This document shows positions 54,607-64,000 of a stretch of 64,000 bases of DNA, in pieces. The position numbers were made by a program, and so were the translations under genes. Source of the DNA: Octopus sinensis (taxonomy: Eukaryota); contig NC_043003.1 of the NCBI RefSeq assembly GCF_006345805.1, positions 44,392,001 through 44,456,000 on the forward strand, in the 5' to 3' direction. The first letter of the stretch is position 1. Each line of letters starts with the position of its first letter. Below the pieces are notes generated by a model, which saw only the letters and a list, made by a program, of their open reading frames with translations, ran no database searches and was not told where the DNA came from.

Positions 54607-54739
54607 GAATTCAGAATTGTCCCAATTGCATAATAAACTGAACTTACAATAAGAAATTTCTATACAACACATTTTCCTTTCTCCTCCCAACATATGAGGA
54701 AAAATTTCATTCCCGAGCAACGCTGTGTACAACAGCTAG
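54607..54739 (+). mobile_element. Helitron 3' terminus
   Basis: CCCGAGCAACGCTGTG (degenerate subterminal hairpin) followed by CTAG at 54736-54739 and then T, the canonical Helitron end. Confidence 0.7.
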
Positions 54740-57700
54740 TATATATTAATAGTACTAAAATTTTAGAAGATATTTGTTTGTTTCCGAAATATTTCAGAAA
54801 CAATATATTTTATCTTAATTTTTTTTTTACACATATATTTTTTTACATACAGATTTCCATACTTACTTTATGCAGTGCAGTGTGAGGTTTCGTGTTATTT
54901 GAACCTCTATTTATTTATGAAAACGATTAAACACAATTTTTGTTTGTTATTTCTTGACAAAAAAAACGTGCTTTACGTGATATGAACACGCATATTCACA
55001 TACGGAATGCATATATACTTAATGAATGTCAGCACGTGTGAATCAACACAAACAGACATGCTCTGTCTGTGACATATACACATATATATTCTTCGCGTTT
55101 TTTCTCTATCACTCTCTATCAAAATCAAATGGTCGACTTTTCGACGTACACACACTGACATAGGGAAACATTTCTTTTTGCGGGGATTACTTATCGTTTC
55201 ATCATTTCAGATTTTATCCAATTCCATTTCATTTGACATTTGTAATCGCTTTGTTGTTTTGATTTAATATTTCTTAATACAACATTACATACAAAAATAA
55301 GCACTGATCAATTATGCTGATAAAATCATGTTTTGCAATTATGTTACCTAAACCACAGTTTTTATTCTTACTTTCTTTTATATATTATATTCTTTTTAAA
55401 CCCTTGCCCGACATGTTTTTTTGCGTGATTATCTTGTTATGTGATGTTCATCCGTTGGTTCGGCAGCATTTAGAAGTCCCCCTAGTTAAAAACATATCCA
55501 TACAGCTCTATTCATAATGTTGCTTCCAATAGATTTTAAAGTGAATTCTATAACGTTTTGTACTTGTAGTTCAGGTTAGGGACAATATGTATTGAGTGCA
55601 AAAATTAATAGAATAACATAGGTACTTGCGGTAAATATATGTCTATAAAATCAGTTATCAATGTAATCCTAGAATGACACCAATGTTTAGCGGTAGAATC
55701 CAGGATGATTCGGTATTACACTAAGTCAGTATATTTTTCATCCACTAGCTCTAAGTGAAATGGAGAAATATAATTTCTGGAGGAGATATATACATGAAGG
55801 GTAATTATGTTTATTAGAACTTTAAAATATAAGGCACGAAGAATTTACTTGAAATTCTAGGGTTATCGTTCACAATGTGGTTGTTTAATTCTATCTAGAG
55901 AGGACGCAGAATTATTATCTTGAGAAAACACCTTTAGGTCGGTATATACACATCGTTCGTCTAGATATACAATAGAATATTTTCTATGGAAAAAAGTTTA
56001 CACAGGAAGGAGACTAATCGTTTGAAGTCTAGAGTGAGTCGGTAAACGAATCCCTTAGGAAATATGTTAATTGTGGTAGAAAATATGTAGGCAAGATTAT
56101 TTGTAGCAATGAAGGTTTTACAGGACTGAAGGTAAAGAAATATTGAAGTTGTTAATAGAACATAAATACAAGCTAATTAATCCACAAATATTGTCAATGC
56201 AAAGTCTTTGTATAGCCAAACTAAATAATATACATCATTTGTAGGGGAAAGTTAGAACGCCTTTCTGTAGTTATGCGAACATTCTACGTCTAATTATTGA
56301 TCATTTTTTGATAATTGGTATTTAGACACACAAATATGGAACATTCCATTCAGGCATAAATTGCATTTCTTACTTCCAAATTTGTAAGATTCTGCCCCGT
56401 CGACTATATTACATTTTATATCCAATTTCGTGCTTTTATTGTTTAGGGACCAAATTGATTAATTTAGTCTTCTACTATGCATTTTCCTCTATCTTTGAGA
56501 CAAAATACGAGATTAACTAGTCTAAACTTGAATATAATGGGGCAGGTCCCAATATAATAGTAGGAAATCCAGCCTGATGTAACTATATATATATATAACA
56601 TATTTTGTTTCAACATACTCAGTTACGGAAACCAATTATGCTCATCCATGGATAACATTTTTAGTTACGACGACATATTTTCCCATAGCTTCAAAGATGT
56701 TTAGTAATATAAGTTCTACATCAACTACTGCGAGAAGGATTAGGCACCTCCTTCATATACCTATATATACATACCTATTAATCCCCATGCGTTATTATTT
56801 AGGTTATATTCCAAAATTACTGTGATATTTGGTCGTAAATTGACTACGGTTTATTAAAGTGGTTTTAGCGTTGGAGAATATACCGTATAAAATACTTTAA
56901 TTATAAAAAAAAAACTATGTACATTTTTAATTCTCCATCGTTATTTTAATGTATGTAAGTGTGTTGTGCACGCGCGCGCGTGTGTGTGTGAAAAGAGTAT
57001 CCAAGAGGACTGGTGGTATTTTGCGTCTTTCAGATTGGTACAATTGAGAATAAGTGAAGAAAACAGTACAGTTAGTTTGTTGTGGGATGTGTGGGATCTG
57101 ATATTTCGAATAGTGTTTTCTTCAAATTAAATGCGAAGGGAGATAAAAAGTAATGAAGGTCCCAAGGATTTTATACTTTCTGTGTCTGAAAAGCTTTGCC
57201 GTAACAGATGAGCAGCGCAATATAATTAGTACGCTCGTAGGACAACAGGAATAACTAGGAGGGAGTAATTGAAGAAGTGGAGTGAAACAAAGTGAAATGA
57301 AAACAAATGTTGAAGTGGGCAAGTGTAACGTTGAGAGAAAGATTTATGCCAGATGTGGAACTAATCGGAAGTAATGAAGCAGAAAGAAAACCGTTTATTT
57401 AAACCCTTTGATGAAAGGTTTATGTTATGCTTTTCACTTCCTTAAATATCCGAACACATGATGCGGTGCATTCATAAGTATGTTATAGAAGGCATGTTTT
57501 GTTGAAGTAGATACGAAAGTATTAGTTTGGCATCCGTTGTAGTGTGCGGTGAATGTGCTCCTGGAAGCAATCATCCATACAACCAGCTACTGTTTAGGGA
57601 ATAGCTGTCAGGCCATACATGCACACATGAGATTCGATAGATCTTTGAACCTTATATGTTATTTAGAGATTCATAGTTTTCAGAAACTTAACAACATCCT

Positions 57701-60700
57701 TTTGTATTCTAAATCCACCACTTATGTACTATTTTTCAAAGAAAATGTGATTGGTGTCGAAGTGGTCGCAGAGTGCTTTGCTGAAGAATACAATACTTTA
57801 CACAGCCTAGGATTGAAAGTTCGATCTTACGATTGTGAGTACAAGAGTCCTAACCTCGAGGCCATGCATCCTAAAAAAATATAAGACCAAATTAATGGAT
57901 ATGCCATTTATATATGGTGACAAAGACGGATTAGGAAAAAGTACCATGGTGGAATATATAACATGTTTTTTTCTCCAATAATGTAAGCAGCAGAATGTGA
58001 AGGAAGCAGCAAAAGTTTGCCTCGTCAATTACAGATACTAAATAGTGTAAGATGCAATAAATTAGATTGTCACGAGAGTGAGGAAACAATGTGTAACACT
58101 TCCAGTAAAATACCTCGACTGTAGGAGATAACATTTCATGACTGAGAATGGCTTGCTACATCTTAGTAATTATCGGTGAACTAATTTAATTCGTTTGCAC
58201 ACATTAGTAGTTAATGTCTTACTTAAAAGAGCTAATTAATATAGCAACCGAGAGTTCAGAAAATACGTTGATCATATCTGTTTGTAAAATTACAGAATTT
58301 CAGATTCCCAGCTTAGGAGTCAGGTTGGCATATTAGTTCACATACCAAGGAAAACAATATATCACTTTGTCTTTCAAACGACATATCGGTTTCAGAATTC
58401 AACAACTACAAATCAAATTGTACAATCTCATAATATCGTCTAAATAGATTGTTTATAGATCTAAAACTATTTTGTTTTCACAATTTTACATAGTATATTT
58501 ATATAATATTAGGTTTGCAAGAAAAACAACTATGTAGAGCGGCATCCACACCACTGTATTACCAGCAGGCAGGGGGCGATAATTTACATGAAGCTTTAAA
58601 CTCGACAGTAGCATTCCTATATCTAACTGAATACTTGAGTTCTACACACTCACAAACACTCACGTGTGTGTTTATGCACGTACGCTTATGAGTTTATATA
58701 TATATATATATATTCAACAAAAAAATTACCCCATCTAGCGAGTGATAAATATTATTTATTTACAGATCCCAGTACATGTATTAAAATGTTACTAATAGTT
58801 TCATATGTTGTAAAAGCTCAAACATATTACTCAGTCGCAAACCACACGTCATAACGAACTAAAGAAAGTGAATAACAGAAAAAAGGCGGAACATTTGAGA
58901 GAACAGCATATAGAAAACGCAAACAGTAAACAACGGAAAACGAAAAACAGAAATTAAAATGTCAAAATCAAGGTGCAAACGATAAAAAAGTATAAATGTA
59001 AATGAGTTATCTTCCATACACTTGGAAAGGTATAAAATCTGTCAGGAATAAGCAGAGTTTTCCAATTATTCAGAATATATTTATACATATGCATGCAAAC
59101 AGTGAAAATCTCTGAACTGGAGTTCAGTTGAGAGTTAGGGATCTTAGAGCTGAACAGGATCTGCGCACTTTTAGCTAAAGTCTACATTTATTCGAGCAAT
59201 TCATATAAGGTATGTATTTCTCAATTACATTCCATTTAATCACATGCGGTGTCTCGATATATCCCAAAGTACATAAGTAGGTAGTCAACTTAATAGCTTT
59301 ACAAAAGTAAAGCTATTTGTCGGAAGGGGTCTCTGTCATTGCCATAGCGATTTTTATGTTCACCTTCACAAAGTCCAATACAGGTCTTCTTATCAGTTGT
59401 ATCAGTATTTAGGTTTGCAGTAAATTCTGCCCCATATATGATTTAGTCATACGTGATTGATCGAGTGGACAGGATCCTGGGTCGCGACAGTTGCAACTAG
59501 ATTGAGGCTCCTCGTATTGACTACGTGTAACGATACTGTGTGGCAGTAGCTATTTGATAATGTCAGAGAACGCCTATTAAATATATGTATGCTTACTAAC
59601 ACATACTGACGCACACACAGAAATATCATGCAATTGAATTCTCAGAAATCACAAATAAAACACCTGCATAAACTGTAATATCAAACTAGCAAAGTGTATA
59701 ATGTTATTGATTTAGTGTCTTAACAGCCAATTGATATTACTAAACGGTTTCGTTTAGAAGCCCACTTTTAAATGAAAAACTATCTTTAACACGTCAGAAA
59801 TAGAATATCGAAAGGTTTTAATATAACTTCGAGTCTTTTGTACTCTATGGTTTGACTGCCGAGAAACAACAGTGATATTTAATTTGCTGTTTAACTGTGT
59901 GAGATAGCAGTCGATTTTCGCTTATTATGCCTTGTCGCTGGACACTCGCTACTAATGAATGTCAAACCACCAGAAATCCTGATTAAGCATAATCGCCACG
60001 GGAGGATGATTTTCGTCTACTACGGATATAACTCCGTGTTTCTTTTTTCCCCATAGTCTATGAGAGACGATTTCTCTAAAGGGCAACCGATGTTTAGAAG
60101 TCTTTCTACATTATAGATGCTTCAAGCATTTCAAGTATGTGTGTGTGTGTGCGTGTATCTATGTATGTGTTTGAGAGTGCGCGAGCACGAATATGTGTGT
60201 GTATGTGTCTGTGTATGTGTATGTGTGCGTGTCTGTACACGCACACGAGTATATGGATATATGCGCTACGTGATATTTTGTTTTGAATTCTGTAGTGTAT
60301 ATCTTAACTTGCCCAAGCACAATAGCGTTCGCACTCTTTGAGTAATGAATATCTAAACATTAAACCTGCCCGCATGCGCGAATTATCGGAGAGTATATGA
60401 AGCCGAAACAAACCTTACGGAATGAAAAATATTTATAATACCAGTCTTCATCATATTTTGAGAACAACATATCTTACTGCGCTTCTTCAGTTTATAAGTC
60501 AGTGTCAACATATCAATATTCCTTTGATACAACTTAAGTCACATCAGAAAGGAAACCCACTGATGCCAACGCATTTTTATGCCCATGATTCGAGGCATAT
60601 ACATACAAGCACATAAAAAGACCGTTTCTGTTGCTAATAACTAATATATACACCAACAGTGAGATGTTTTCCATGCCTCTGATAGATTAGTCAGTGTGAA

Positions 60701-61598
60701 ACTATATCTATATCACGAGAATTGAAGTTAAAGTACGTTGTTTAAGTGTCTATAGCTGATGATAGGAAAATACGATGAAAACAAGTGAGACAATAGTGCC
60801 AATACTAATTCGCCCGCCGAGATGTTTTCTGAGGACGAGTTCTACAGTTCATGGTGTTTACACATTATATCTAAGCTTCATTGATTGTACAAATTAATGT
60901 TCCTTAGAAATAAAGTTTTTGACAGTAATAGATATACTTATTTGTAGACAAACACACAGATGGTCACACAAGAGATATACAAAAACCAATGCAAAAATTG
61001 GGCTTAATTTTTTCTAATTTAATAACTTAGTTGGCAATGTCCCTCTCTGTAGTCTTACATTAAGGCTGCATTTCCTGTCTTGAAACTGTGCACGTTGTTC
61101 TCAGTAGCGTCAACTTTGTAAGCAAAATGTAGCCTTGTGTATACGATAATCAGGCTGCACAGCTCCATTAATGACGATCGGAAAGAAACGTTACTATAGA
61201 GAAAGGTTTAGCCAACAGAAATATGCACTTTCGTGGTATTCCATTTACGGTAACAGTTAAGAGCAAGTAAAAACCTATTGAGGGTGTCTGTAGATGTGTA
61301 TGTCAACCTGTGCAAATATTGGTCAGTGTGATCGTGTGGGGGATTGTTTTCGTATGTGCGTGTTTGCGTGCATGTGCTTATATCTGTGTGAGACTGTGAG
61401 CGAATGGAAGGAGAGAGAGAGAGAGAGAGAGAGAGCGAGAAAGGTTCCATTATTACAGAGTGCGAAAGCAAGAATGAACACTGGCACCATATCAGACTCT
61501 CGTTTTAATCAAGCTATAACAAATTGAACGAGCTTCTCAATCCCACCGGGAAGATAATTCCGGTTTAATTTTTAAATATTTCAATTCTACGCGCACAG

Positions 61599-61662
<64 letters not shown>

Positions 61663-64000
61663 TATATTGTATATATTTATCATTGATTATGTATCAATAT
61701 CTCCAAAAACAATATAGTTTTTGAAAAATACGACAAATCCCAGGTGTAGTATTACCATTTGACATACGTTGGAAAGAATTCTTGTTGCATTTCAAAATGG
61801 AAAATAAAAATAAAATACTTCTTTGGTCTTAATTGTTATATCTAATAAAGAAGATAATACTTTCCCGCCATTTTTGATGACATAATCCAATATAATTGAC
61901 AAATTGTTCATCATTCTAGTGTAAAATTATTCAGGTTTCAAAGCGAAGTAACAGACAATATCACTTTTAACATCTTTATAATTAATAAACTCTTTTCACT
62001 CTAAACTGTTTTGCAATTATCTCTAAAAAAAAAAAATCGGTGTGTTAAAGAGAAAAGAATCGTGAGGTAAAAATTACTATAACGAATCCCAGGAATTAGA
62101 CAATATAATGTCTGATATTATCGTGTAAGAACGATAAACCTCTTTGATCACTTTCGTGTACTTCGTTTTCCTCATTTTTATGCAATGGTTTCAACAACCG
62201 ATAGTCATTCTCCACGTTAACTCTTAATGAACAGACATAGTTTTTTTTTTATAATGCTCTCGAACAAAGACCATAATTCTTTCTATCATAGTCTTGTATT
62301 TGTCATAGATGTGTGCTGTGTCATTTATGTTGCATTTGAATACACAAAACACAGTTTTCATTATCTGTGATGATTCTATCCAGGGAAAGTGCGGTAGTAT
62401 ATCTAGTCTTTACTGGTGAGCAGAGAGCAACTCTTTGAGCTGAGAAGCAGTTAAAAGATGAGCGACCCACAGACAAAATTCAGACACAATACTTAATTCA
62501 TGAAGGTGTTTTATGATGGATGCATCACTTGAATTGATTTGCTTTGACAATTCTCATGTAGGTTGCTTAGCGTTTTCCGCAACTATATATTTCAGAATCT
62601 CAATCATGTTAGAACTTTTCTGTCCAGATCGAAGTGGTTTGTGAGAGAAACGCATCCTGAGCGAATTAAAGATTCAGACAATTAAAGGTTCATTTCCATC
62701 GATTTCCGTAAACTCAACGAATATTTCTTTCTTCTTCCAATGCTGAAGAGACCTCTTTTACAATTATTCCACAAGCATTGTCTGATCAAAATTAATTCAA
62801 GAAACAATATCAATACAATTTTAAGCACAATGATATAACGCAACATGAAAAGAAAGAAAAATAAGAATGTAAATATGAATGTATATATTAATGTAAGTAC
62901 TGAAAATATATAGTCGAAATCATCGTATCCAGGATAGGACTTTCTATCCGAATTAATACAAGGAAGGGTGAGGCAATTTATGCTCAGCTTCCGTTAATGA
63001 ATAAAGAAAAACGGAAAATTTAGCGTGTTTTAGATTGACGTTCCGCAGCTACAAATTATTTGAATATTTCTATTATTTTACTCTCTTGAGAAAAAAGGAC
63101 ACGTGAAATTGAGTAGAGCTATATATAATTTTTCTATAAAGTTCTTCGGCTGGCGTTTATTATGATATGTCCGTCAAAATAGATATCACCTTGGTCAAAG
63201 AATAGCAAAAAACAATGATATGACTATGCAGGAAGTTTGAAGAAGTGTTCGGAATTCGATTTACTTTTGAATTATTTTTATTTCAAAGAATGAATATCAC
63301 TAAATTTAATTTTCTTTTCTTCTATAGAGTATATATGTATTTATGACGCCAACATAAACTCAATAAACTATTTAAACGAACGTGAGAAATGAGGTGTAAT
63401 CTATTTAAATAAACTGGAGTAATAATTTTACACTTAGTTATAAATCATAAAGATTGCGAGACGAAAGCCTAATGATAATTCATTACGAAAATAGCTGAGT
63501 ATAAGCTTCAATACATCCATGCAAAAACTTTTGCAATTAATATTATTAAGGAAATGGCACAAAATATATGTGGTAGTTCTTATTTCCTTCGGAAAGAGAA
63601 ATAATGATAGAAGAAATACGATTTTAAAAGGAAAATAGCATAACAACTTACACCATAACATCACAACAGAAAAGAGAATGGGAAAAGAAAGATCAAACAT
63701 GAATATTTTTCTTAATACTGCACAAAAATCAATGGACAGCAGTAAATGATGAAAATCTAGAAATTGAAAGAGATTCTCTAAAATTATACCACACTAAGTA
63801 AAAATCAGAGAAAGAGAAAGATCAAGTCAAAGGATGCTAGTTTATCGATAAGATGAAGGCGTTTTATGAAAAGGTAACTGTTCTCAGATCATAACAGAGC
63901 TAACTTCAATGGTGAACGCACGTTTTTCTAAAGGATAAAGAAAGTAAAAATGGAAGCTATTCTAGAAGCGTTGAAAAGCCCAATCGAAAATTTCGAGAAT

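Noticed and set aside
54740-64000. Short ORFs and splice-like motifs in the last 9 kb
   Set aside because: No recognisable motifs, TE domains or consistent exon phases; treated as ordinary intronic or intergenic DNA.

Overview
AT-rich, microsatellite-dense eukaryotic DNA, very probably from an octopus (inferred from recalled Octopus tRNA-type SINE families). No host gene can be named; at best there is a tentative chain of short minus-strand exons near 19.7-21 kb. Most recognisable content is transposable elements: a decayed Ty3/Gypsy LTR element (1.9-3.8 kb); several R4/Dong-clade RLE non-LTR retrotransposons, all sitting in (TAA)n arrays (3.8-9.7 kb, 50.8-54.4 kb); two Penelope-like elements (PLEs); RTE remnants; two Tc1/mariner remnants; a Helitron split by a Dong insertion; and SINEs. 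The highlight is a young PLE forming a ~4.5 kb head-to-head inverted repeat (arms 14324-16301 and 16861-18840, ~99% identical, 559 bp spacer). It has a nearly intact RT-thumb-GIY-YIG frame and a minimal type I hammerhead ribozyme motif in each 3' UTR. Two smaller fold-back insertions in (TA)n (42.0 kb, with a hammerhead core in its loop; 45.1 kb, nested in a SINE) repeat the same architecture. Two near-identical, microsatellite-bounded tandem duplications (1149 bp and ~1450 bp) may be real or assembly artefacts. All calls are by-eye motif recognition; no searches were run.
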